DNA of 64,000 nucleotides. It comes from Halolamina sp. Its GTDB lineage: Archaea > Halobacteriota > Halobacteria > Halobacteriales > Haloferacaceae. Made by a program: the position numbers and the translations under genes. The stretch is from NCBI GenBank assembly GCA_042216705.1, contig JBDGTQ010000019.1, forward strand, positions 3,554-67,553. The letters run 5' to 3'. Below are positions 55,173 through 64,000 of the stretch, piece by piece (the stretch's first letter is position 1; the number at the start of each line of letters is the position of its first letter). The notes under the pieces were generated by a model. That model made no database searches and was not told the DNA's origin. It saw nothing but the letters and a program-made list of their open reading frames with translations.

Positions 55173-56647
55173 GTCGCGGCACGCTGTACGACAAGGTATG
55201 GGAGCGCCACAAGGTCGCCGATCTGCCGAACGGGCAGGACCAGCTGTTCATCGGGCTGCACCTGATGCACGAGGTGACCAGCCCGCAGGCGTTCGGGATG
55301 CTCGAGGAACGCGACGTCGACGTCGCCTTCCCCGAGCGGACGGTCGCCACGACCGACCACATCGTCCCCACGGAGCCCGAGGCCCGCGAGCGACCGTTCG
55401 CGGACGACCGCGCGGAGACGATGCTGTCGGCGCTCGAACGCAACACCAGCGACAGCGGCGTGACCTTCTTTGGCCTGGACTCCGACAAGCAAGGAATCAC
55501 CCACGTCGTCGCCCCCGAACTCGGGCTGACGGAGCCGGGGACGACCGTCGTCTGTGGCGACTCACACACCTCGACTCACGGCGCCCTCGGCGCGGTGGCG
55601 ATGGGCATCGGCACCTCCCAGATTCGAGACGTGCTGGCGACGGGCTGTATCGCCGCCGACAAGCAGGACGTGCGCCGCGTCCAGGTCGAGGGATCGCTCG
55701 ACGACGGCGTCGGCGCGAAAGACGTCGTCCTCCACATCATCCGCGAACTGGGCGTCGACGGCGGCGTCGGTCACGTCTACGAGTACGGCGGCCCGGCCAT
55801 CCGCGAGATGGACGTTCAGGGCCGGCTGGCCGTCTGCAACATGTCCATCGAGGGCGGCGCCCGCGCCGGCTACGTCAACCCCGACGAGACGGTGTACGAC
55901 TACCTGCGGGGCAAACCCTACGCTCCCGAGGGCGAGGCCTTCGAGCGCCGCACGGAGTACTGGGAGGCCGTCAAGTCCGACCCCGACGCCGAGTACGACG
56001 ACTACGTCGAAATCGACGCCAACGAGCTCTCGCCGATGGTCACCTGGGGCACCAACCCCGGTCAGGCCGTCGGCGTCGACGAGCCGGTGCCCCACCCCGA
56101 AGAGTTCGAGGGCTCGACCCGCGAGGCGGCCGCGGAAGCCCAGGACCACACCGGCGTCACGCCCGGCGAGACGATGGCGGGCCACGAGGTCGACGTCGCC
56201 TTCCTGGGCACCTGTACGAACGGCCGGTTCGCCGACTTCCGGGCCGCCGCAGAGGTGCTCGCGGGCAACGAGGTCGACGACGACGTGCGGGCGCTGGCGG
56301 TCCCCGGCAGCGAGACGGTCAAGCGTAAATGCGAGGCCGTCGGCATCGACGAGGTGTTCCGGGAGGCGGGTTTCCAGTGGCGCGAGGCCGGCTGTTCGAT
56401 GTGTCTCGCGATGAACGGCGACCGCCTCGTCGGCGACGAGGTGTGTGCCTCCTCCTCGAACCGCAACTACGTCGGCCGCCAGGGGTCGACCGAGGGCCGG
56501 ACGGTGCTGATGTCGCCGGCGATGGTCGCCGCCGCGGCTGTCGAGGGCGCCATCACCGACGCCCGGGCCTTCGACCGCGACGACGTCGGCGACGTCGACG
56601 GCGAGCCGGTCGTCCACGGCGACGACGCTGCTGAGGAGGTAGCCTGA
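55169..56647 (+). CDS. leuC: 3-isopropylmalate dehydratase large subunit
   Basis: Internal ATG ([14 protein letters not shown]...). HLMHEVTSPQAF, VCGDSHTSTHGA, GTCTNGR, CSMCLAMN aconitase-family Fe-S ligand motifs. Confidence 0.92.
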   Translation: MSRGTLYDKVWERHKVADLPNGQDQLFIGLHLMHEVTSPQAFGMLEERDVDVAFPERTVATTDHIVPTEPEARERPFADDRAETMLSALERNTSDSGVTFFGLDSDKQGITHVVAPELGLTEPGTTVVCGDSHTSTHGALGAVAMGIGTSQIRDVLATGCIAADKQDVRRVQVEGSLDDGVGAKDVVLHIIRELGVDGGVGHVYEYGGPAIREMDVQGRLAVCNMSIEGGARAGYVNPDETVYDYLRGKPYAPEGEAFERRTEYWEAVKSDPDAEYDDYVEIDANELSPMVTWGTNPGQAVGVDEPVPHPEEFEGSTREAAAEAQDHTGVTPGETMAGHEVDVAFLGTCTNGRFADFRAAAEVLAGNEVDDDVRALAVPGSETVKRKCEAVGIDEVFREAGFQWREAGCSMCLAMNGDRLVGDEVCASSSNRNYVGRQGSTEGRTVLMSPAMVAAAAVEGAITDARAFDRDDVGDVDGEPVVHGDDAAEEVA

Positions 56648-57351
56648 TGTCCGACCTCCCCACCCAGCGCTCGGAGCCGACCATCCGCCGGGTCGCCGGC
56701 ACGGGCGTTCCGCTCCGAGGCGACGACGTCGACACCGACCAGATAACCCCGGCGCGGTTCCTGAAGGAGGTGACCTTCGACGACATGGGCGAGTACGTCT
56801 TCTACGACGAGCGCCACGACGACGACGGCGCCGAGGTCGCACACCCGTTCAACGACTACCGCGGCGGCTCCATCCTGGTCGTCAACGAGAACTTCGGCTG
56901 TGGCTCCTCGCGCGAACACGCCCCGCAGGGGCTGATGCGCTGGGGGGTCCGCGCCATCGTCGGCGAGTCCTTCGCCGAAATCTTTCAGGACAACTGCAAG
57001 TCACTGGGTATCCCAACCGCGACGACCGACGCCGACACCGTCGCCGAGATTCAGAGCCGCATCGAGAGCGACCCCGACGCCGGGATGGAACTCGACGTCG
57101 AGAAGGAGCGGTTCGTCTTCCCCGACGGCGACGACGGCCAGCGCGAGACCGCAGTCTCGATTCCGGACGCGATGCGCGAGGCGCTCGTCGAGGGGGTCTG
57201 GGACACGACCGCCGTGATGCGGGCCAACCTCACCGAAGCCGCCGAGACGGCCGCGGACCTGCCGTACACCGACGTGGCGGCCGCCGAGGCGGCGAGCGTC
57301 GACGGCGAACCCGACGGGGACGACGACCCGACCGGGGGCGACGATGGCTGA
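56647..57351 (+). CDS. leuD: 3-isopropylmalate dehydratase small subunit (with acidic C-terminal tail)
   Basis: TGATG overlap with leu[27 protein letters not shown]. Confidence 0.9.
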   Translation: MSDLPTQRSEPTIRRVAGTGVPLRGDDVDTDQITPARFLKEVTFDDMGEYVFYDERHDDDGAEVAHPFNDYRGGSILVVNENFGCGSSREHAPQGLMRWGVRAIVGESFAEIFQDNCKSLGIPTATTDADTVAEIQSRIESDPDAGMELDVEKERFVFPDGDDGQRETAVSIPDAMREALVEGVWDTTAVMRANLTEAAETAADLPYTDVAAAEAASVDGEPDGDDDPTGGDDG

Positions 57352-58330
57352 GTCGGAGCCAACCGTCGCGGTCGTCCCCGGCGACGGCATCGGCCGCGAG
57401 GTGACGCCGGCGGCCCAGCGGGTGCTCGACGCCGTCGCGGACGTCAAGTTCGTCACCGCAGCGGCCGGCGACGCGGTGAAGGCGGCCACCGGCGAGGCGC
57501 TGCCCGAGGAGACCGTCGACGTGGTCGCCGAAGCCGACGCGACGCTGTTCGGCGCCGCCGGCGAGACGGCGGCCGACGTTATCCTCCCGCTGCGGGCGGC
57601 CGTCGACTCGTTCGTGAACGTTCGGCCGGCCCGGGCCTACCCCGGCGTCGACGCGCTCCAGCCGGAGACCGACCTCGTCGTCCTCCGCGAGAACACCGAG
57701 GGCGTCTACGGCGGCCACGAGGACCGCCTGACCGAGGACGTCTCCACGCTCACGCGGGTCGTCACCGACTCGGCCTCGCGCCGGCTCGCGGCGTTCGCCT
57801 GCGACTACGTCGCCGACGAGGCCGACCCGTCGTTCACGGTCGCGCACAAGGCCAACGTGATGCGCGAGACGGACGGACGGTTCCTCGACGCCGTCACCGA
57901 CGTGGCCGAGCGCCGCGGGGTCGCCGCCGAGCCGGCGCTGATGGACGCGCTGGCGACGCACCTCTGTCGGTCGCCCGGGGAGTTCGACACCGTCGTCACG
58001 CCGAACCTCGCCGGCGACGTGCTCTCGGACCTCGCAGCGGGCCTGGTCGGCGGGCTCGGCCTCCTCCCCTCCGCCAACGTCGGTCCCGAGCGGGCGGTGT
58101 TCGAGCCGGTCCACGGCTCCGCGCCCGACATCGCCGGCGAGGGCGTCGCCAACCCGGCGGCGGCGGTACTCTCGGGAGCGATGCTACTCGAGTTCCTCGA
58201 CCGTGAGGAGGCCGGTAGGAGGGTCAGAGCGGCGGTCGAGGAGACGCTGGCCGACGGACCGACGACGCCCGACCTCGGCGGCGACGCGACGACCGAGGAG
58301 ATGACCGACGCCGTTCTCGATCGGCTCTGA
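57344..58330 (+). CDS. leuB: 3-isopropylmalate dehydrogenase
   Basis: Overlaps the leuD end. [54 protein letters not shown]. Confidence 0.9.
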   Translation: MAESEPTVAVVPGDGIGREVTPAAQRVLDAVADVKFVTAAAGDAVKAATGEALPEETVDVVAEADATLFGAAGETAADVILPLRAAVDSFVNVRPARAYPGVDALQPETDLVVLRENTEGVYGGHEDRLTEDVSTLTRVVTDSASRRLAAFACDYVADEADPSFTVAHKANVMRETDGRFLDAVTDVAERRGVAAEPALMDALATHLCRSPGEFDTVVTPNLAGDVLSDLAAGLVGGLGLLPSANVGPERAVFEPVHGSAPDIAGEGVANPAAAVLSGAMLLEFLDREEAGRRVRAAVEETLADGPTTPDLGGDATTEEMTDAVLDRL

Positions 58331-58403
58331 GCGGTTCTCGGACGACTCTCGAGCCATCGACGCTCCTCTGCGCCATCACCCGTCGCCGAGCCGTTCGCGG
58401 GCG

Positions 58404-58859
58404 TTACTCCTGGTAGGCGACCCTGACCTGCTCCCATTTGCCGCTGTTTTCCAGCTCCCGCTGGAGCTGGTCGGCGTACGTCTGTGCGAGCTCCTCGGCG
58501 GCCCGGAGCTCGGCGTTGTTGCCGCCGTCACCGTCGCCGAACCCGAGCGCGCTCTTCACCGAGTCGACGAGACCGTCGCCCGACCCGGAGCCGCCCGACC
58601 CAGGGCCGTCGGTCGGGCCTCCCATCGCCCCCATCCCCTGACGGACGTTCTCCAGTTCGGGCAACACCGACGGGACGCTCTCGGTGTCGGCGACGACCCG
58701 TGCCGACTCCGGGTCGTCGGCGTTCTCGATTTCGAACTCGACGGCGGTCATGATGAGCCCCCACTCCTGGTTTGAGAAGCGGGACTGGCGGACGTGGTCG
58801 CTGAACTGCTGGTCGACCGTCATCCGCTCGCCGACGATGGCGTCGGTCCAGTCTGACAT
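58404..58859 (-). CDS. conserved-looking hypothetical cytoplasmic protein (151 aa)
   Basis: Internal ATG (MSDWTDAIVGERMTVDQQFSDHV...) of track ORF 58404..58988. Acidic, with a Gly-rich central linker. No functional motif. Confidence 0.7.
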   Translation of the reverse strand: MSDWTDAIVGERMTVDQQFSDHVRQSRFSNQEWGLIMTAVEFEIENADDPESARVVADTESVPSVLPELENVRQGMGAMGGPTDGPGSGGSGSGDGLVDSVKSALGFGDGDGGNNAELRAAEELAQTYADQLQRELENSGKWEQVRVAYQE

Positions 58860-59164
58860 GTGCCGCCGTAGGCGAACCGACCTGAAGAGGGTTTCCCACC
58901 CGACGACGCTCGGCGACCCGGGACGACGCGACCGCCGACGACCTCGCCGGGCGGCCAGGTCCGCGCACGATACCGAGGGAATCGGCATAAGTTACGGCGA
59001 TACACTCTCGACGAGGCGCCGAAGGTCACCGAAACCTCGGCGACCGGCCGCGCTCGCCGAGAAGAACCGTGATAGATTCTCGAATAGGCAGACGGCGGCG
59101 GGATGGCGACGCCTGTCCGTCCGCCACGCTTTTATACCAGGCTCCGCTGCGAACGTGGTATCGG

Positions 59165-59332
59165 ATGTTCGCCACCGCTCGCAGACTCCTCGCGCTGACG
59201 GTTTACCAGCTCACGGTCGTTCTCGGACTGCTGATGCTGCCGGTCGCGGTACTGGCCCGGCGGGTCGGGCTCACGCTCCCGGTCGGTCGGCTCGTCACGG
59301 CCGTCAACGACGCCTACGGCGTCCCGGAGTGA
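59165..59332 (+). CDS. possible small membrane protein (55 aa)
   Basis: Internal ATG (MFATARRLLALTVYQLTVVLGLLMLPVAVLA...). One clear TM segment. Confidence 0.4.
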   Translation: MFATARRLLALTVYQLTVVLGLLMLPVAVLARRVGLTLPVGRLVTAVNDAYGVPE

Positions 59333-59338
59333 CGACAG

Positions 59339-60880
59339 TCACGCCAGCCAGTCGGCGAACTGGCCGTCGAGCAGCGTCGCGGCCTGGTTCTCCACGTACG
59401 CCCGGTGGGTGCCACGGACCGCCGTCTCGAAGTCCTCTCCCGCGCTGAGACGGTCACGGACGCGGTCGCGCTTCCAGGCGGCCGGCGTGATTCGCCTCTC
59501 GGCGCGGACCCTGAGCGGTTCGAGATACCGCTTCGCGCCGGATTCCGAGAAGCCGGCGCTTTCCAGCCCGGCGCGGGCGTGAGCGAGCAGGTCCTCGAAC
59601 AGTTCGTCGTGGTCGGTCGTCGCCGCCCCGTCGTGGCCGATCCACTCCAGTTCCGCGTCGAGGCCGTCGCGAGCGGCGTTGTAGAAGTTCCGTTCGGCCA
59701 CCGCCCAGTCCATGTCCAGCGCCGGGTGGTGTCGCTGCGGGAGGCTCTCCATCAGCCCGGCGAAGGCGGCCTGAAACGCTATCGAGTCGGCGACCGTCGG
59801 CTGGCCGGCGACGGGGCGGAACTCGATGCGGGCGTTAGCCTGTGAGCGCGAGGCGCCGCCGAACACCGGACGCACCCACCGCCAGTAGGTGCCGTGTTTC
59901 AGCCGGAGCGTCGCGAACCTGTCGTCGAAGCGGTCGCCCGTCTCCTCGGCCGGCATCGGCACGACTACGGGGTCCTCGACGACGCGGTCGACCGCCTCCG
60001 CCGCCGAGTCGAGGTCACGCGGGAACCGCACCTTGTCGGGGTCGTCGGTCGCGTTGAGCACGGATTCGAAGACGGCGATGCGGTTCTCGGCCCACCCGTC
60101 CGCGAGGATGGCCTCGGGGGCGGCGTCGTCGCGGTAACAGTCCGGCGGGAACAGCGGTGAGTTCACGCCCAGCGCGAGCAACGGTCCGGCGACCCGGAGC
60201 GCGTAGTTGAAACACTGCGGCAGGTCGTGGGCGTGGCTCATCTGGTAGTGCGGTTGGATGGAGGTGATGAGGCTCTCGGGCATCACGGTCTGAGCCTCCA
60301 GGTCGACGAACGGTACGTCGACCGACATCGGGGAGTTCAGCGCGCCGCTGTTGGCCATTCCGTGATAGCGCACGGCGTCGCTCATGTTCGTCGCGATGCG
60401 GACGCCGTCGTCGACGACGGAGTCCGAGAGATAGCCGCGAGCGGCCTCGCCGGCCGGCGGGGTTAGCCAGATGCCGTCGCTGACGAGGCGCATCCCCTCG
60501 GTCGCGGTGCAGGAAAGGGCCGCCTCCAGCCGAGCACGGACCTCCGACCGCTGAGCGCGCAGGCCCGCCGGGTTGAACGGCTGCGGGCTGGTCCGCATCT
60601 CGGCGTTGTGCAGGCCTAGCTCCTTCTCGAAGCCGATGTGTTCGAGCAGCCGCCGCGGGACCCGCGTCAGTTCTCCTTCCGTCGACCCGTCGTCGGTCCA
60701 GCGACCGTCGGCGACGGCGTAGAACTCGTACTCCAGTCCGATAATGGACTGGTGGTTGTCGAAGGCGCCCTCCCGGAGCTCCGATTTGACCACCTCGGCG
60801 TCGGCGGCCGCCCGCTCGCGGAACGCTTCGACGTCCGTCGCGAGCGCCTCGTCGACGTCGCCGGCGAGGTCCTCGCTCAT
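59339..60880 (-). CDS. glutamate-cysteine ligase family protein (GshA-like carboxylate-amine ligase)
   Basis: Internal ATG (MSEDLAGDVDE...), coordinate derived from the track frame. IIGLEYEFYAV and overall length resemble the haloarchaeal gamma-glutamylcysteine ligase family. The assignment is moderate. Confidence 0.75.
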   Translation of the reverse strand: MSEDLAGDVDEALATDVEAFRERAAADAEVVKSELREGAFDNHQSIIGLEYEFYAVADGRWTDDGSTEGELTRVPRRLLEHIGFEKELGLHNAEMRTSPQPFNPAGLRAQRSEVRARLEAALSCTATEGMRLVSDGIWLTPPAGEAARGYLSDSVVDDGVRIATNMSDAVRYHGMANSGALNSPMSVDVPFVDLEAQTVMPESLITSIQPHYQMSHAHDLPQCFNYALRVAGPLLALGVNSPLFPPDCYRDDAAPEAILADGWAENRIAVFESVLNATDDPDKVRFPRDLDSAAEAVDRVVEDPVVVPMPAEETGDRFDDRFATLRLKHGTYWRWVRPVFGGASRSQANARIEFRPVAGQPTVADSIAFQAAFAGLMESLPQRHHPALDMDWAVAERNFYNAARDGLDAELEWIGHDGAATTDHDELFEDLLAHARAGLESAGFSESGAKRYLEPLRVRAERRITPAAWKRDRVRDRLSAGEDFETAVRGTHRAYVENQAATLLDGQFADWLA

Positions 60881-60966
60881 GGCACCCTCTGTGGGCCGCA
60901 CCGTGTAAAACGTCGTGGCTCCGACAGTCCGTGTCGATTAAGAGTCGTCCGCGGGTAGCGCCGTCG

Positions 60967-62931
60967 ATGAACTTCGCCGCCTTCGCCGACCGCGCCGCGG
61001 ACATCGAGGCCGAATCCGGCGACCTCGCCACCGGGGCGCTGGTCGCCGCGCTGTTTTCCGACGCCGGCGCCGACCTCCCGGCGCTCGTCCGGTTCCTCCA
61101 GGGACGGGTGTTCCCGGCCCACTCCGACCGGACGCTCGACGTGGGGCCGTCGCTGTGTTACGAGGCGCTGGCGCGGGCGGCCGGTCCCAACGTCGCTACC
61201 GACGACGTGGAGGACCGCCTCGCCGAGGCGGGCGAAATCGGCGCGGTCGCCGCCGACCTCGACCTGGGCGGCCAGCGCGGACTCGGCGCCTTCGCCGGCG
61301 ACGGCCGGGACGACCTCACCGTCGCGGCGGTCGACGACCGGCTCCGGGAGCTCGGGGCCGCCGACGGCGACGGGAGCGAGGACCGCAAGCGACAGCTCCT
61401 GTTCGACCTGTTCAACCGGGCCGCCCCGGCGGAGGCGAAGTACCTCGCTCGACTGGTGCTCGGCGAGATGCGCGTCGGCGTCGGCGAGGGGACGGTGCGA
61501 GACGCGGTCGCGCTGTCGTTCGTCGACGACGGGAGCGACCGCGTCGACGACGATGCGAGCGACGGCGACAGCGACGACGCCGACGACGCCCGAACCGCGA
61601 CGCTGGCCGCCTTCGCCGGAGGCGACGAGTCGCCGGGCGAGACGGCGGGTGAGGAGACAGAGGAGGGAATAGCGGCGGACGAAGGGGAGGCGGACGCGAC
61701 GGGCGACGACATCGACGACGCCGACGGCGCGGACGATGCGAACGAGAGCGCGGCTGCGGACGCAGATGCGGGGGAGGCGGAGCCGCCGGCGCCCGGCGCG
61801 GACGCCGTCGCCGTCGTCGAGCGCGCGCTGCAGGTGACCAACGACTACGGCCGAGTGGCAGAACTCGCCCGCGACGGCGGGCGAGCGGCCCTCGAAGACG
61901 TCGGCCTCGAAGTCGGCCGGCCGGTGCAGGCGATGCTCGCACAGGCCGGCAGCGTCGCCGGTGCCCTCGAGGAGTGGGACCGCGCCGCCGTCGAGGTGAA
62001 GTTCGACGGGGCGCGCGTCCAGGTGCACCACGACCCCGACAGCGAGACGCGAGTGTACTCCCGGAACATGGAGGACGTGACGGGGGCGCTCCCGGAGGTG
62101 GTCGAGACGGTTCGGGACGCCGTCTCGGTGCCGGTCATCCTCGACGGCGAGGTCGTCGCCGTCGACGACGACGACGGCGATCCACTGCCGTTCCAGGCCG
62201 TGTTGCGGCGGTTCCGCCGGAAGCACGACGTCGACCGGATGCGCGAGGAGGTCGCCGTCCGGTTCCGGGCGTTCGACTGCCTCCACCACGACGGCGACGA
62301 CCTCCTCGACGAGCCGCTGACGACCCGCCACGACCGCCTCGACATCGCGGTGCCGTCGGCCGTCGCCGACCTGCTGTGCAGCGACGACCCCGAAGAGATA
62401 GAGGCCTTCGCCGACGAGGCGCTCGCGGCCGGCCACGAGGGCGTGATGCTGAAACGACCCGACTCCGCGTACTCCCCGGGCAAGCGCGGCAAGCGGTGGC
62501 TGAAGCGCAAACCCGACGTGGAAACGCTGGACCTCGTCGTCACCGGCGCCGAGTGGGGCGAGGGTCGCCGGGCGAACCTGCTGGGCACGTTCCTGCTGTC
62601 GGTCCGGCGCGAGGACGGGACCGCCGACGGAGACGGCGGAACCGCCGACCGCTTCGAGACCGTCGGCAAGGTCGCGACCGGCATCACCGACGAGACGCTG
62701 GCCGACCTGACCGAGCTGCTGGAGCCCGAAATCGTCGCCGAGGACGGCACCGAGGTCGACCTGCGGCCGTCGGTCGTCTTCGAGGTCGGCTACGAGGAGA
62801 TTCAAGCGTCGCCGACGTACTCCGCGGGCTACGCGCTGCGGTTCCCGCGGTTCGTCGCCGTCCGCGAAGACAAGCCCCCGGCCGACGCCGACTCCCTCGC
62901 CCGCGTCGAGCGTCTGGCCGAGCGACAGTGA
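60967..62931 (+). CDS. lig: ATP-dependent DNA ligase (with about 90-aa acidic insertion)
   Basis: Internal ATG (MNFAAFADRAADIE...). Adenylation motif I EVKFDGARVQVH, SRNMEDVT, LDGEVVA, EGVMLK, WLKRK, OB-domain LRFPRF. Confidence 0.9.
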   Translation: MNFAAFADRAADIEAESGDLATGALVAALFSDAGADLPALVRFLQGRVFPAHSDRTLDVGPSLCYEALARAAGPNVATDDVEDRLAEAGEIGAVAADLDLGGQRGLGAFAGDGRDDLTVAAVDDRLRELGAADGDGSEDRKRQLLFDLFNRAAPAEAKYLARLVLGEMRVGVGEGTVRDAVALSFVDDGSDRVDDDASDGDSDDADDARTATLAAFAGGDESPGETAGEETEEGIAADEGEADATGDDIDDADGADDANESAAADADAGEAEPPAPGADAVAVVERALQVTNDYGRVAELARDGGRAALEDVGLEVGRPVQAMLAQAGSVAGALEEWDRAAVEVKFDGARVQVHHDPDSETRVYSRNMEDVTGALPEVVETVRDAVSVPVILDGEVVAVDDDDGDPLPFQAVLRRFRRKHDVDRMREEVAVRFRAFDCLHHDGDDLLDEPLTTRHDRLDIAVPSAVADLLCSDDPEEIEAFADEALAAGHEGVMLKRPDSAYSPGKRGKRWLKRKPDVETLDLVVTGAEWGEGRRANLLGTFLLSVRREDGTADGDGGTADRFETVGKVATGITDETLADLTELLEPEIVAEDGTEVDLRPSVVFEVGYEEIQASPTYSAGYALRFPRFVAVREDKPPADADSLARVERLAERQ

Positions 62932-62983
62932 GCCCCCGCCGAAGTTCGGAAACGCCTTGAGGCGGCCGGGCGAAGCCGGAGTC

Positions 62984-63187
62984 GTGTCAGACCTCCGCGC
63001 GCTCGTCTCCGACAACCCGGTCGCCGTCGCGCTGACCGCCGCGGCCGTCGTCGCCTCGGCGGCCGCAGCGCTCACCCTCGGCGGCGCCGCCTCGACGCAG
63101 GCGTTGCTGAACGACATCGCGCTCGCGGTCGTGCTGTGGGTGTTCGCCGCCGGCTTCTGGGCGGGCGAACTCGCCGACCGGCTGTGA
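62984..63187 (+). CDS. possible small membrane protein (67 aa)
   Basis: GTG (VSDLRALVSDNPVAVALTAAAVVASAAAALTLGG...). The track start at 62957 is TTG. Two hydrophobic segments, weak support. Confidence 0.35.
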   Translation: MSDLRALVSDNPVAVALTAAAVVASAAAALTLGGAASTQALLNDIALAVVLWVFAAGFWAGELADRL

Positions 63188-63206
63188 GCCGGCCGCAGTC
63201 CAAACG

Positions 63207-63950
63207 GTGAAGGGCGTCTCCCGCGAGGTGTCGAGCGTGACCATCCACCACCAGAGTCTTGCCGTCGAGTGGCTCGGCTACGCGACCGTCCGCGTCGAGA
63301 CGCCTTCGGGATACGTCGCCTACCTCGACCCCGGTCGCTACGGCGTCCTCGACGGCCACTACCCGAAAGACGCCGACCTCGTCTGCGTCACCCACGACCA
63401 CCACTACGACAGCGACGGGGTCGACCACGTCGCCGGCGACGACGCCACGGTCGTCGTCTACGACGGCGTTGACGCCGGCCGCATCGACCGCGACGCGACC
63501 CCGCCCGAGGAGTTGGCTCACGAGGTGGTCCGCGTCGGCGAGAACGACCGCCTCGACATCGACGACGTGACGCTGTGGACCGTCGCCGCCTACAACGACC
63601 CCGACGGCCCCCACGTCGACGCCGACGGCGACCCCCACCACCCAGAGGGGTTCGGCGTCGGCTACCTGCTCTCGCTGGCCGGAACGACCGTGTTCTGGCC
63701 CGGCGACGGCGACGCGCTGGACGCCTACGCCGAGCTCGACGTGTCGCTGTACCTCGCAAACGTCGGCGGCACGGTCGTCTCGAACGCCGCGGAGTCGGCC
63801 GCGCTCGCGGAGTCGATGGCGCCGGACCTCGTGCTCCCGGTCCACTACGACACCTTCGAGATGCTCACCGCCGACGCCCAGGGGTTCGCCGCCGACGTCG
63901 CCGAGCGCGGGATACCGGTCGTCCTCGACGAGCGCGACCTCAAGCAATAA
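63207..63950 (+). CDS. MBL-fold metallo-hydrolase
   Basis: GTG start (alternative GTG at 63237). VEWLGYATVRVE, VCVTHDHHYDSDG (HxHxDH), FWPGDGD, LPVHYDTF. Confidence 0.8.
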   Translation: MKGVSREVSSVTIHHQSLAVEWLGYATVRVETPSGYVAYLDPGRYGVLDGHYPKDADLVCVTHDHHYDSDGVDHVAGDDATVVVYDGVDAGRIDRDATPPEELAHEVVRVGENDRLDIDDVTLWTVAAYNDPDGPHVDADGDPHHPEGFGVGYLLSLAGTTVFWPGDGDALDAYAELDVSLYLANVGGTVVSNAAESAALAESMAPDLVLPVHYDTFEMLTADAQGFAADVAERGIPVVLDERDLKQ

Positions 63951-64000
63951 AAAGGCCTGACCCGGGACGGCTCGGGCGGCCTGGCACTCACCCGACTTCG

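Noticed and set aside
60870-60970. One-nucleotide disagreement between my manual position count and the ORF-track coordinates near 60.9 kb
   Set aside because: Probably a counting slip on my side somewhere between 59.3 and 60.9 kb. Coordinates downstream of about 59.4 kb were therefore derived arithmetically from the track rather than from manual counting. It is not evidence of a frameshift.
60877-63117. 746-aa minus-strand ORF opposite the DNA ligase
   Set aside because: Shadow ORF. The plus strand has all the ligase nucleotidyl-transferase motifs.

Overview
High-GC, densely coding chromosomal segment with the very acidic proteome typical of a haloarchaeon (class Halobacteria). I saw no rRNA, tRNA, CRISPR array, transposase or integrase. 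Many long ORFs in the six-frame track are Arg/Pro/Gly-rich shadow ORFs on the wrong strand or frame of real genes. I called about 58 CDS by composition, motifs and start-codon context. The track also uses GTG/TTG starts, so several genes were trimmed to internal ATG/GTG starts. Left part (1-21.8 kb) is ordinary: NikR-like regulator, small zinc-ribbon and CHY-zinc proteins, M20 peptidase, DoxX-like membrane protein, SDR, FAH-family hydrolase, cupin, a five-gene Liv-type branched-chain amino-acid ABC transporter, UV-damage endonuclease, TIM-barrel isomerase, PQQ-type sugar dehydrogenase, two orphan sensor histidine kinases, thioesterase, a GGGPS/PcrB-like prenyltransferase with a C-terminal extension, HxlR regulator and a metallophosphoesterase. 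The centre (21.9-46.7 kb) is the unusual part. An 11-gene plus-strand cluster (21937-39500) encodes three mutually divergent tubulin/FtsZ/CetZ-superfamily paralogues, one of them fused to a C2H2-like zinc finger. These are interleaved with polytopic or bitopic membrane proteins and large sequon-rich surface proteins, and most junctions are translationally coupled. It converges, with only a 16-nt gap, on a 5-gene minus-strand operon (46700-39517). That operon encodes a possible winged-helix protein, a coiled-coil protein, a small protein, a single-domain AAA+ ATPase with a Vps4/spastin-like 'RRF' second region of homology, and a signal-less beta-propeller plus Ig/CARDB-like repeat protein. I interpret this as a candidate, apparently undescribed, envelope-spanning tubulin-based cytoskeletal or membrane-remodelling system. 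Right part (46.8-64 kb) is ordinary: amidohydrolase, msrA, leuA/cimA, ilvB-ilvN-ilvC-orf-leuC-leuD-leuB, a GshA-like ligase, an ATP-dependent DNA ligase with a large acidic insertion, and an MBL-fold hydrolase. All function calls rest on motifs I could read by eye. No database search, structure prediction or GC computation was run.
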